From positions 32,001-96,000 of the forward strand of contig JBALDB010000048.1 in the NCBI GenBank assembly GCA_036918135.1: a stretch of 64,000 nt of DNA, in the 5' to 3' direction. This document shows positions 30,226-40,519 of this stretch, in pieces. The position numbers and the translations under genes were made by a program. This stretch comes from Nostoc sp. Its GTDB lineage: Bacteria > Cyanobacteriota > Cyanobacteriia > Cyanobacteriales > Nostocaceae. How positions within the stretch are numbered: position 1 is the stretch's first letter; each line of letters opens with the position of its first letter. Below the pieces are notes generated by a model. The model was not told the origin of the DNA, searched no databases, and was given only the letters and a program-made list of their open reading frames with translations.

Positions 30226-30229
30226 AGGA

Positions 30230-30316
30230 GTTTGTTGTCTTTTGTCATTTGTCGTTTGTCCTTTATCATTTGTCATTTATTTAGACCAATGACTAATGAC
30301 CAATGACCAATGACTA
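30230..30316. repeat. STRR tracts (TCATTTG / CAATGAC)
   Basis: Tandem heptamers between coxB and coxA. Confidence 0.75.
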
Positions 30317-31402
30317 ATGGTGAACTTGATGGAGAATTTCTGTTTGAATTCCCAGATCCTTGGTGTAAGGAGCGAGAAATTCATCTGGGGATAAATCCGC
30401 AGGGTTAACGGCAACAGCTTTATTTAGAGTTTCTTTACTGGCAACTAACTGCTCTTGTTGCCATTTTTCAAATCCTTCTTGGGATTCAACTACCACTGTT
30501 GTTCTCATTGCGCCGTGGTAGGGGCCACAAAGTTCAGCACAGATTAGCGGATAATCACCTACTTTATTGGGCGTGAAGCGAATTTCACTTTGCCTACCGG
30601 GGATTGCATCTTGTTTCAGGCGGAACTCTGGCACCCAGAAGGCGTGGATGACATCGTTGGCTGTCATATTGATTTGCACTTCTTTGCCGATGGGAACGTG
30701 CAACTCACCTGTGGTTATTCCAGTTTCAGGATAAGTGAAAATCCAAGCATACTGTAGACCGGTGACGTTGACTTGCAATCCTGGTGGTTTACCTGCTTTA
30801 TCGGGACTTCCCCCAATGGTGGGAGCAACGCTACCGACTCCTGGAGCATTCCGCAGTTGGGGAATTTGGTTGGCATTGCGAACTTCTGCCGTAGCTGGAT
30901 CTTGCATCGCCTCATCAGATTTTTCTTGATTGAGGTTGGGTTCGGTGCTAGGAGGAGTATCGCTCAAAGTCGCAGCTATAGCACTTCCATGCCCAGGCAT
31001 TGTCATCGACTCTTGAGTAATCGGCGCTTCATGGATAGCATGGGGGTCGAAGCCACCGATTTCATTGTATACATCAAAACTGTAAACAGAAATACCGATA
31101 ACGATAATTGCTGGGATCGCCGTCCAGAGTATTTCTAAAGGTACATTGCCCTCAACTGGTGGGCCGTCTTCATTGTCACCTGCACGCCGACGGTATTTAA
31201 ATGCAGAGTAAATCAAAACACCTTCGACTATCAGAAATATACCTGTAGAAACAATCATCATCGCATTGAACAAACCATCGACTAAGACGGCTTCATCAGT
31301 AGCTGCTGCTGGCAACAGACCATGATTTTCACCGTACCAAATACTGGCTAGAGTTAGCACGATGCCAATGAGTAATGTCCAGATTGAACTTGGAATCTTC
31401 AC
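30314..31402 (-). CDS. coxB: Cytochrome c oxidase subunit II
   Basis: DVIHAFW and the CuA motif CAELCGPYHGAM. Confidence 0.97.
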   Translation of the reverse strand: MKIPSSIWTLLIGIVLTLASIWYGENHGLLPAAATDEAVLVDGLFNAMMIVSTGIFLIVEGVLIYSAFKYRRRAGDNEDGPPVEGNVPLEILWTAIPAIIVIGISVYSFDVYNEIGGFDPHAIHEAPITQESMTMPGHGSAIAATLSDTPPSTEPNLNQEKSDEAMQDPATAEVRNANQIPQLRNAPGVGSVAPTIGGSPDKAGKPPGLQVNVTGLQYAWIFTYPETGITTGELHVPIGKEVQINMTANDVIHAFWVPEFRLKQDAIPGRQSEIRFTPNKVGDYPLICAELCGPYHGAMRTTVVVESQEGFEKWQQEQLVASKETLNKAVAVNPADLSPDEFLAPYTKDLGIQTEILHQVHH

Positions 31403-31869
31403 GGCTTACTTAAATGGATTTACTACGTTATCTCAAAGCTGCTCACTTACTAAGGTAGTCTAGGCTGTTAGATATGGAGTACAGTGTTCTAAAATTTTTA
31501 TTAATTTTTTTGGCTACTTTACCGACCCTGAGTGCAAAAAGCTGATTTAACAATAAGGTTTAGTTAAGGGTTGTCTTTGGAGAATTTCAGTAGAAACACA
31601 AATTTCGTATCTTTATAGGTTTATCAGATACTGATAGAAATACAGGTAAATTAGTAGAAAAATTTAAGATATAGCAATTTGATTTCATTCGTAAGAATTG
31701 AAAGCGACAGATCCCCGACATCTTTGAAATGTAGGGGATCTTGTTTCTCACTTCTCACGATCGCCTGCTGACTACTAAAATTTATTTATATAGCAGGAGG
31801 CAGGAGGTAAAAACCTTACTATTCCTGAAATTCACACTTTTCATTATGTCCTAATCTACCTGGCAACTG

Positions 31870-32122
31870 CTATAACTCCACCGACCCCACCACAGTCAAC
31901 GGATCGCCTGGGAAAACACGCAGCCTACTCTGGGAAGTTTCAAAATAGTCAACATCAAATAGATTCCTAACATTGACTGCGGCTCGAAAACCACGCTGAT
32001 TGTAGAAGATAGCAGCATCCGTGCGTAAATAACTTGGCAGAGCAAATGAGTTGTTTAAGTCTCCCTGGCGTTAGCGCAGCTCGCCGCAGGCATCGCCGAT
32101 GTAGAATAACCCCAAGCTAAAA
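31870..32122 (-). pseudogene. 3' remnant of a second TonB-dependent receptor, interrupted by a 21-nt insertion
   Basis: Hand translation FSLGLFYIGD[ACGELR*]RQGDLNNSFALPSYLRTDAAIFY..NVRNLFDVDYFE..PGDPLTVVG parallels the C-terminus of the adjacent receptor. Confidence 0.85.
32071..32091. mobile_element. 21-nt small dispersed repeat (SDR5-like) inserted in a HIP1 site
   Basis: GCG[TTAGCGCAGCTCGCCGCAGGC]ATCGC. Removal restores GCGATCGC and the GDRQGD frame. Confidence 0.8.
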
Positions 32123-32169
32123 CTTTAACCCCTTCATTCCCTTATTACCCTAACTCCCTACCGCAGACA

Positions 32170-34761
32170 CTAAAACTCCCATGAAATTGTTCCCAACACC
32201 GTCAACGGCGCACCGGGATAGATGACATTTCTTGTCTGGCTGGTTTCGTAATATTTCTCATCAAAAAGATTCTTGATATTGATTGCAGCCTTCCAGTTGT
32301 TATGTTGATAATAAAGTGCTGCATCCGTGCGGAAGTAGCTGGGTAAGATAAAACTGTTATCTAAATCTCCTTGTCTATCCCCCACATAATACAGTCCTAA
32401 TCCAAATCCTAAACCTTGTAAACTCCCGCTTTGGATTTCATAGGTTGTCCACAGACTGGCATTATGCGGAGCAACGTTGGTCAACAAATTCCCAACTGGT
32501 AATTGATTATCTTCGGTGATTTCGGCATCGGTATAAGCGTAAGCGGCAATAACTTTCCAACCAGGCAAAATTTCGCCTGCAACATCTAGTTCAACGCCTC
32601 GACTACGTTGTTCTGCGACTTGAATGGAAAAACTGGTATTGTTGAGATCGGTGGTCAGGACGTTGGTTTTTGTAATCTGGTAAGCAGCCAGTGTTGCAGA
32701 CAGTCTATTGTTCAAATCTGCTTTGACACCTACCTCGTATTGTGTACCTCGCTGAGGTTCAAAAATAGAACCATCGGCTGCATTACCGGTGACTGGGACA
32801 AAAGAACTGCTATAGCTAGCGTAGAGAGAAATTGCTGGTATGGGCTGGTAGACAATGCCAACACGCGGGCTAAAAGCTTGGTCAGATTGACTGGTGCTGG
32901 TTGCGGCAAGAAGCAAATCGTCAGTTTTCTGATAGATAAAGTCGAAACGCCCTCCGACTAGCAGCTTCAAATTATCCAGCAGAGTAATCTGATCTTGCAG
33001 GTAAATCCCTAATGTATCTCCAGAATATTTAGCCTTGAAAGTAGCTTCTAGAGGCTCCGTAGGAATGACGCTGTTATTCACCGGACTAAAAATATCGATA
33101 GGTGGCAAAGCAGCATCTCTAAAAATCACCGGAGTCTCGCTTAAGCCTAGCTCTATTCCCAAAAGCGGTTGATGGATAATTGACCCAGTTGCAAACTTTC
33201 CTATGACCTCAGTTTGGAGGGTGTAATTGTCACTTTCAAATTTACTATTTTCATAAGACCTGGTAAGGAACTGATCGTCAATTAAGCTATCTGGCTGTGT
33301 GTAGAAATTATTATTCTTGGCTATATTTATGAAAAAAGCATTGCGAAGCCGCCAATTTTCACTAAACTGATGTTCTAATGTGTAACCAGCTTTGTAAACT
33401 GTGGTTTTTGAATCATTTTCTCCTGGAATTCCTAAGAATCGACTAATTGGAATGGGTGCAGGTCTATTGCCAACAGCGACAATGCCTCGATCAAATCCGG
33501 TATCATTGTTTAAATACTCGAAATCAAAGTTTAATGTTGTCTTAGTGCCGATTTTCCAGGTTAAAGATGGCGCGATGAAGATACGTTCGGTGTTAACAAA
33601 GTCACGAAAACTCCCGGAGTTTTGGTAAGCAACATTCAAGCGATACAACAGAGTTTTGTCTGTATTCAACGGACCAGAAAAGTCTAACGTTGGTCGATAA
33701 AAATCGTAACTTCCGGCAGTGAAGTCAGCAGCGTAATAAGGCTCACTTAACGGCTGCTTTGTGACAATGTTGATAATCCCACCCGGTTCTGCCTGACCAA
33801 AAAGTACTGAAGCTGGTCCTTTGAGTACCTCTACTCGTTCCACATTCGCTATGTCTGATAATGTAAATAAATCGTTGTCGCGGAATCCATTTCTAAAATT
33901 TCCATACTGCTCGAAACCACGAATGATAAAGCCAGGAGCTCCTGTACCCCCGTAGTTACCCGATTGTGTAACGCCACTCACATTTTGCACTGCATCCTGT
34001 AGCCGTACTGCTTTTTGGTCTTGTAACACCTGTCGGGGGATGACTTGAATTGAAGCGGGGATGTCGCGTAGGGGCGTATCAGTTCGGGTAGCGGTGGAAG
34101 CATCGGGTACGCGATACTCATCTTGCTCACCTGTGACTACTAACTCAATTGGTTCATTACTTTCTGCTGATGGTTTTGGTTGTGTCTGATTTTCTGGCTG
34201 CTGTGTTTGGGGTGGCTGTTGTGGAGAAGTCGCCGTTGGTTGTGAACTTATACCAAAAACCAGGCCGATATTATCATCAAATAATTCAACCGTGGGCAAA
34301 GCTTTCTCACCCACCACCGTCAACCGCACAGTCTTTGCATTAAGGTTTGTTACTGTTATTTGGGTAATTCCCGCAATTGGTTTTTCTTGCTGAAAGGAGT
34401 TACCCTGCGGTAAACGTAATTGTGCATTAGGAATATTGGCAATAAAACTGTTGGCATCACTTTTGTTGAGAACTTGCAACGCTTGGGCTTGAGATGTTTG
34501 TAAAATTACCTCAATACCTGTGGAAGTTGAATTAACTTTAACGCCAGTAATTTCTGTAACTGCAACATTACTTTGTTGCTGTGCTAACAAATCAACTGCA
34601 CTCGTAGAAAAACCTGTTTGAGTTTGCTTGATCCTGTAAAATTCATTTCCCCAAGCAGGTTGCATCATTGGTAAAACTAGAGCGATCGCCCACAATTGCA
34701 AACTAACATACCTACAACCCGCAAGCATCCTCTGTAATTTTCTCATAACTAGCTCTACCAA
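32170..34761 (-). CDS. TonB-dependent siderophore receptor with N-terminal AMIN domain
   Basis: EITGVKVN AMIN domain, ELVVTG TonB box, ERVEVLKGPASVLFG plug, terminal SWEF. Confidence 0.95.
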   Translation of the reverse strand: MVELVMRKLQRMLAGCRYVSLQLWAIALVLPMMQPAWGNEFYRIKQTQTGFSTSAVDLLAQQQSNVAVTEITGVKVNSTSTGIEVILQTSQAQALQVLNKSDANSFIANIPNAQLRLPQGNSFQQEKPIAGITQITVTNLNAKTVRLTVVGEKALPTVELFDDNIGLVFGISSQPTATSPQQPPQTQQPENQTQPKPSAESNEPIELVVTGEQDEYRVPDASTATRTDTPLRDIPASIQVIPRQVLQDQKAVRLQDAVQNVSGVTQSGNYGGTGAPGFIIRGFEQYGNFRNGFRDNDLFTLSDIANVERVEVLKGPASVLFGQAEPGGIINIVTKQPLSEPYYAADFTAGSYDFYRPTLDFSGPLNTDKTLLYRLNVAYQNSGSFRDFVNTERIFIAPSLTWKIGTKTTLNFDFEYLNNDTGFDRGIVAVGNRPAPIPISRFLGIPGENDSKTTVYKAGYTLEHQFSENWRLRNAFFINIAKNNNFYTQPDSLIDDQFLTRSYENSKFESDNYTLQTEVIGKFATGSIIHQPLLGIELGLSETPVIFRDAALPPIDIFSPVNNSVIPTEPLEATFKAKYSGDTLGIYLQDQITLLDNLKLLVGGRFDFIYQKTDDLLLAATSTSQSDQAFSPRVGIVYQPIPAISLYASYSSSFVPVTGNAADGSIFEPQRGTQYEVGVKADLNNRLSATLAAYQITKTNVLTTDLNNTSFSIQVAEQRSRGVELDVAGEILPGWKVIAAYAYTDAEITEDNQLPVGNLLTNVAPHNASLWTTYEIQSGSLQGLGFGLGLYYVGDRQGDLDNSFILPSYFRTDAALYYQHNNWKAAINIKNLFDEKYYETSQTRNVIYPGAPLTVLGTISWEF

Positions 34762-34844
34762 TAGACAGATATTCTCAAGTACCTCTTGAAGTCACCTTAC
34801 GGAGTTTCAATAACCGTGTCTATCTGTAAAGCTGCAATTTTTTG

Positions 34845-35873
34845 TCACTTCAGCAGCTTTTTTCCACGTTGACATTCTTTTGGTGTAATCCCAAATTTTT
34901 TCTTAAAAGCTTGAGCAAAATAACCTAAATGTGCATAACCTACAGCGTTTGATACTTCTGCTACTTGCATTTTTGTCCCACTTAGCATGATTTTTGCTTG
35001 TTCCATGCGATAGTCATGTAAATAGCCAAAAACAGTAGTCCCAAAAATTTCTTTAAAACCTTGTTGCAACTTCCGTTCTCCTAAATGAACCATCTCTGCT
35101 AAATCGAGCAATGAGGGAGGATTATCTACTCGATAGATTAAGATATCTCTAGCATGATAAATTTTCTCAACGTCTGCTGGTTTGAGATTAACTAATAGGT
35201 GAATTGTCTGTTCTTTATACAAAAGCTGATTAAATTGCAGCGCCAGTAGTTCAATCACTTTACTTTCTAAATACATCCGCTTCATCATTCCCTGATAAGG
35301 AGCATCTAACATTTGTCGTAAAATAGCAAACATTGCCGAAGTGATTTCTCCAACTGTGTGATGAAATCTCGGCGGACATTCATCTTTTAAAAAAGATTGT
35401 AATGAGGTAGGTAGAAATTCAAAGTTTTTACTGAAACTTATCAGCCAATCAGGATAAATGTATATAGTTATATCTAAACGATGCTCACCAGCTAAATGCT
35501 GCTCCATCTCATCTATTGTTGGTAAATAAAATAGGTAATTTCTGCCAACATGCTCTATATAATCATCTGGAATTTCTTTCATTCCTGGAGTAATTGTTCG
35601 CAAATTACTGGAAAGATGAAAATGAGAAATTAAAGGAAAAGGTTGCTCATCATGATGACTCCAGAGGCTTAAATCATGCTCAAAATATTGGTCGTCAATA
35701 ATAAGACAAAGTCCTGGACGTAGCTCAACATAACAATAAAAACCAGTAGAAAATCTATTTTTAGATTTCTCAACATAGTCAAATCCATTGAATCTAAAAA
35801 GTTCCTTTTCCGTTGTTTCGAGATGTTCTCGAAATAGGTTATTATTTTCTTCAGATGTCAGGGTTTCCATCAA
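34845..35873 (-). CDS. AraC-family (PchR-like) transcriptional regulator
   Basis: PPSLLDLA..FGTTVFGYL..VGYAHLGYFAQAFKKKFGITP; lies directly upstream of the receptor. Confidence 0.92.
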   Translation of the reverse strand: MMETLTSEENNNLFREHLETTEKELFRFNGFDYVEKSKNRFSTGFYCYVELRPGLCLIIDDQYFEHDLSLWSHHDEQPFPLISHFHLSSNLRTITPGMKEIPDDYIEHVGRNYLFYLPTIDEMEQHLAGEHRLDITIYIYPDWLISFSKNFEFLPTSLQSFLKDECPPRFHHTVGEITSAMFAILRQMLDAPYQGMMKRMYLESKVIELLALQFNQLLYKEQTIHLLVNLKPADVEKIYHARDILIYRVDNPPSLLDLAEMVHLGERKLQQGFKEIFGTTVFGYLHDYRMEQAKIMLSGTKMQVAEVSNAVGYAHLGYFAQAFKKKFGITPKECQRGKKLLK

Positions 35874-36787
35874 GATATCTCATCAATAAATTTGACTTCT
35901 GAGAAAAGCTAATAAATATTCTCAATAAGGAAATTATAAACTGTGCCTGACAAAGACAAATATGGGTGTAGCGCTCGCAACTGTAGGCATGACTTTTTTT
36001 GAGAAATTGAGGGCGATCGCTTTACCATTGGCGTGTATTCTCAAGCCCTAACTAGGGAAATCAGGAGCGATCGCTCAATAACTGATACAATCCCTTTATG
36101 TTCAACAATATCTGCAAGTTTTTGGCTGAAACTTTTTCTACTGACTTTGTTACCTGGCTACTAGGAGAATCAATAGAACTTACAGAGTTAAGCCCAAAAG
36201 AACTTTCGCTAGAACCCATTCGTGCTGATGCATTAATACTACTCCAATCAGAGTAAAGTTGTTCTGTATCTCGAATTTCAAACCCAGCCAGATGCATATA
36301 TTCCCTTTAGGATGGTTAATTACCACCTAAGAGTGTATCGGCGTTTTCCTCAAAAACGAATGTACAAAGTTTGCAAAACGGAGATATTAATAATTAAGGA
36401 GTACACCTAAAGTAAGACATATTTGTGTAGTTGGGATATGGTGCAAAAGGTAATCTACTCAATCAGATATAGAGTGCCCAAGTCTAAAATTTTTATTAAT
36501 TTTTTTAGCAGTTTTAGTAATTTTAAGTATAAAAAAACTATTTAGTCTAGCCATAACTGAAAAATTTAAGAAAAAATTTAGGATATTTGAATTAGTTACC
36601 GTTCATCAATTTCTGACATCTTGAAAAATACCTAAAGCTTCAGGCAAAACATAGCGAGAGTGATTCAAAGTATAAGTGAGTGCCAATCTGTAAACCCCTA
36701 GCCTGTACGCTAGGGTGGAGATAGGTAAGTACTGAAAATTCAGAATCTATTTAGAGATCCACCAAGAGCGGGCAGAAGGTACTGTTC

Positions 36788-37723
36788 ATGAACGAAATTG
36801 TCCTACAACAACAAAATCAAGCGGCACTTCAGCAGCAAAAGCCCAAGGAAATGATTCGTCGCTTGGTGTGGAGAATGTGCATAGCCACTTTGATTTTGAT
36901 GGCAATAGGCTCTGCCACCCGCGTGATGAATGCTGGGCTTGCTTGCCCAGACTGGCCTTTGTGCTATGGCGAACTAGTGCCAGCTAAGCAAATGAATTTT
37001 CAGGTATTCTTAGAGTGGTTTCACAGATTAGATGCAGCTTTAATTGGTGTCAGCGCGATCGCACTTTTTGGTTTATCCTGGTGGCATCGTCACTCCTTAC
37101 CCAAATGGCTGCCTTGGGCATCGACATTCGCCCTGTTTTTAATCGTCTTTCAAGGTGTTTTGGGAGGACTCACCGTCACCGAATTATTGCGGTTTGATAT
37201 TGTTACCGCCCATTTGGGAACGGCACTATTGTTTTTCACCACCCTCCTAATCATTGGTACGACCCTCACACCCTATCAGGGAACTGGAACCGTTGGTAAG
37301 TTACCTTGGGTCGGTTTAACTGCTGCTGTTTTAGTTTACCTGCAAAGTCTGTTGGGTGCTTTGGTAGGATCTCGTTGGGCGCTACACCAATGCTTCGGTG
37401 ACTCTCAGCTTTGTACTGTAATGTACAGTCATATTGCTGGTTTGGTGCCGCCGACCTTGGCAACCTTAATAATGGTATTCTTCAGTTGGCGTACACCAGC
37501 ACTACATCCAGCCTTGCGGCGACTGGCAAATATGGCTGGCGCATTGTTGAGCTTACAAATCTTGTTGGGAGTCGCTACTTTCAAATTACATCTCCAAGTC
37601 GAGCCTCTCACCGTCTCTCACCAAGCTGTAGGAGCTGCTTTGCTCGGTACTTTAGTGGCTTTTACAGTTTTATCATTACGTGACTCAGTTAATCCTGAGC
37701 AACGAGTGCTGAGTGCTGAGTAG
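36788..37723 (+). CDS. ctaA: Heme A synthase (COX15/CtaA)
   Basis: GLACPDWPLC and EWFHR; multiple TM helices. Confidence 0.93.
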   Translation: MNEIVLQQQNQAALQQQKPKEMIRRLVWRMCIATLILMAIGSATRVMNAGLACPDWPLCYGELVPAKQMNFQVFLEWFHRLDAALIGVSAIALFGLSWWHRHSLPKWLPWASTFALFLIVFQGVLGGLTVTELLRFDIVTAHLGTALLFFTTLLIIGTTLTPYQGTGTVGKLPWVGLTAAVLVYLQSLLGALVGSRWALHQCFGDSQLCTVMYSHIAGLVPPTLATLIMVFFSWRTPALHPALRRLANMAGALLSLQILLGVATFKLHLQVEPLTVSHQAVGAALLGTLVAFTVLSLRDSVNPEQRVLSAE

Positions 37724-37955
37724 GAAATCAGGGAGATGTGGTTTAAGTTCGCGGTAGTTGAATCTCGACTTCGCTCGATTTTTGCGTAGTCGAAACTCAC
37801 CAACCAGGCGATGAGGAACAGAGAATTCCTAACTCTTGGAAAGACTTGAGTTAATCCTTGTCTCTACTGCACAAAAGTATTTTCGTTCGACCCAAAGAGC
37901 CAGCTTGAGCGGGGGCTGCATATAAGTTGTTGAAAAATAAGGAACCAGAGCCAAC

Positions 37956-38909
37956 ATGATTGAGACTAATGTCTCTCGCCACCACGAAACTTTTCTCCAA
38001 GTAATTCAAAGTTACTACCAGCTAACTAAGCCTCGGATTATTCCGTTGCTTTTGATTACCACAGCTGGCAGTATGTGGATTGCTGCTCAGGGACAAGTAG
38101 ACCCATTGCTGTTACTAGTAACTTTGACTGGTGGCACTTTGGCTGCTGCAAGCGCCCAGACGATTAACTGTATCTACGACCGAGATATTGATTATGACAT
38201 GGAGCGGACGCGCCATCGTCCCATGCCTTCTGGTAAGGTACAGCCACGCGATGCTCTAATTTTTGCGATCGCTCTGGCAACAATTTCGTTTACACTACTG
38301 GCAGTTTTTGCCAACCTGTTAGCTGCCCTGCTAGCTTTTTCTGGCATCGTTTTCTATATTTTGGTCTACACCCACTGGTTAAAACGCCACAGCACCCAAA
38401 ATATTGTCATTGGCGGGGCAGCTGGGGCAATTCCGGCTTTAGTAGGTTGGGCTGCTGTCACGGGCACTTTAAGCTGGCCAGCATGGTTAATTTTTGCCAT
38501 CGTCTTTTTGTGGACACCACCCCATTTCTGGGCACTAGCTCTGATGATTCGGGATGATTACGCAAAAGTCGGCATACCTATGCTACCAGTAGTTGAGGGA
38601 GATACGGCAACGGTACGGCAAATTTGGTATTATACGCTGATTACTGTAGTTGCAACCCTGTTGTTAGTTTATCCTTTGGGTGCAAGTGGAATTTTTTACG
38701 CTGCGATCGCCCTAATTCTGGGAGGATTATTTATCCACAAATCTTGGCGGTTGTTGCAAAATCCAGAGGATCGCACTGTAGCTAAAGAGTTATTTCTCTA
38801 TTCCATTTCCTACATGATGCTGTTGTGTTTGGGCATGGTAGTTGATAGTCTCCCCATTACTCATCATCTGATTAGTGCAGTAATTAATCAGCTGCATTTT
38901 ATGGGTTAG
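37956..38909 (+). CDS. ctaB: Heme O synthase (protoheme IX farnesyltransferase)
   Basis: [30 protein letters not shown] and DDY. Confidence 0.95.
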   Translation: MIETNVSRHHETFLQVIQSYYQLTKPRIIPLLLITTAGSMWIAAQGQVDPLLLLVTLTGGTLAAASAQTINCIYDRDIDYDMERTRHRPMPSGKVQPRDALIFAIALATISFTLLAVFANLLAALLAFSGIVFYILVYTHWLKRHSTQNIVIGGAAGAIPALVGWAAVTGTLSWPAWLIFAIVFLWTPPHFWALALMIRDDYAKVGIPMLPVVEGDTATVRQIWYYTLITVVATLLLVYPLGASGIFYAAIALILGGLFIHKSWRLLQNPEDRTVAKELFLYSISYMMLLCLGMVVDSLPITHHLISAVINQLHFMG

Positions 38910-38960
38910 GGAGATAAAAATAATTGGCGATCGCGTTTGGTAAAGAGGCGCGATCGCATA

Positions 38961-39185
38961 TCAACCTTTCCATTCAGACTCAGGAATTTTCGCCCCTTGA
39001 AAGATACTTCGTAATGTACCGATAGGTAAAGTGCGCCCTCAATGTTCAGGGACAATAACTTGTAGTCCCAGGTCTTCACTTCTCCATTTGCGGTGGCTAC
39101 CTTTTTGAGAAATCAATTGAAATCCATATTGTCTCAGGATAGTTTCAACTTCTCTAGATGTTATGCGTCGGATGCGATCGCTCAT
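38961..39185 (-). pseudogene. hicA: HicA-family mRNase toxin with premature stop
   Basis: MSDRIRRITSREVETILRQYGF..KGSHRKW..VIVPEH*GRTLPIGTLRSI..; TGA at 39039-39041; ATGA overlap with hicB. Confidence 0.85.
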
Positions 39186-39385
39186 GAGATAACAATCTCT
39201 CGTGCGATCGCACCAGGAGCTAACTCAATTGATTCTGGCTGCAAATATAATTGAATTGCTTCTTTAATATTTTCCAAAGCTTCCTCTTGAGTTTCTCCTA
39301 CTGAAGTACAGCCAGGTAACTCTGGACACCATACAGCCCAATCGCCTGTTTCTGGGTCTGATTCAATAATCACGCGCCATTTCAT
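39182..39385 (-). CDS. hicB: HicB-family antitoxin, short form
   Basis: WCPELPGCTSVGETQEEALENIKEAI. Confidence 0.9.
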   Translation of the reverse strand: MKWRVIIESDPETGDWAVWCPELPGCTSVGETQEEALENIKEAIQLYLQPESIELAPGAIAREIVIS

Positions 39386-39498
39386 AGCTAATCCTCTGGG
39401 ATGTAATTATTATAAATTGGGAACGGGATAGCTGCGCTAACGCCAAGGGCGATCCCATTTCTAAAACTTAAAATTCAAAACTTAAAATTTTTAATACC

Positions 39499-39684
39499 TT
39501 ATTCTTTAAGTAAAATTTTTCGTGGACAGTTTTGTTCATTAGGAAAATGACAGTGAACAGCATCACGGATCATTTCCTATAGTGTTTCTATATCGTCAGC
39601 CTGAGTAAAAATTGACTCGGTTAGAGCTACTGCTGTATAACCACCATCTGGATCGTCTTCAATGAGAAATGCAATTTCAGTCAT
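39499..39684 (-). pseudogene. Second HicB-like small protein with premature stop
   Basis: MTEIAFLIEDDPDGGYTAVALTESIFTQADDIETL*EMIRDAVHCHF; TAG at 39577-39579. Confidence 0.7.
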
Positions 39685-39749
39685 ATTTAACCATTGCTTG
39701 TCAGATTCAATTATTGTCAAGCAAAAATAGAAATCACCAGCTATATCAA

Positions 39750-40344
39750 GCTCCCTACTTACAAAAGTTTTAGTAATCTGTTTAGAAACACCAAAATCAA
39801 TTAATATTAACTTGCCATCCTGACGGCGGCGCATGATATTTTCTGGTTTAATGTCTCGGTGAATTACACCGCGTTCATGGATAAATTTCAGGATAGGCAA
39901 TATATCAGCCAAAAACTGTTTTATCTTTTCTTTGCTAAAGGCTCCCTGTTGCTGCAATTCTTGTAATAAATTCTGCCCTTCAATTAACTCTTGCACCAAA
40001 TACAGTCGCCTATCTTGTTCAAAATAAGCAATCAGGCGGGGAATTCGTGGATGTTCGCTTAAGTCATATAATCGCTTTGCTTCTTGCTTAAATAACTCCG
40101 TGGCTTTCTCAAGTGCAGCCGTTCCTTGAACTTGCGGGACAAATTGTTTAATTACGCAAGGTTCATCTATCTTATCTGCATCTCTAGCTTCATAAGTTCT
40201 GCTAAATCCACCCTCTGCCAAAAGTCGTATTACCCGGAAGCGATTTCTGAATAATAGTGTGAGTGTTTGTCCACACTTAATGCAAAATTTATTGTTATCA
40301 GAATTAAAGGGATTCGAGCAGCTGGGATTGGAACAGTAAAGCAT
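39750..40344 (-). pseudogene. Truncated Ser/Thr kinase with N-terminal 4-Cys zinc ribbon
   Basis: YCSNPSC..FCIKCG, HRDIKPEN, DFG, then no GTPGY and no subdomains VIII-XI. The frame reads through into the HicB-like fragment. Confidence 0.8.
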
Positions 40345-40519
40345 GTTTGTAAATTTCTTAGCAGATGATCTTATATTAATTTTTCCCATTTTCTGCTTAG
40401 TGGATTTCATGAATTTCTATTCTTGAGTGAATTTACTTCTAGTGGCGTCTACAGTCTCAAGTCACTTTTGTTAGCGTAGTGATATAGGGTTTATCACTCC
40501 CCAGCAGGGGGTTTATAAT

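Noticed and set aside
36061..36297. 78-aa ORF starting MHLAGFEIRD, reminiscent of a DNA methyltransferase segment
   Set aside because: Similarity is limited to about 8 residues and no methyltransferase motifs are present, so it cannot be supported without a search.
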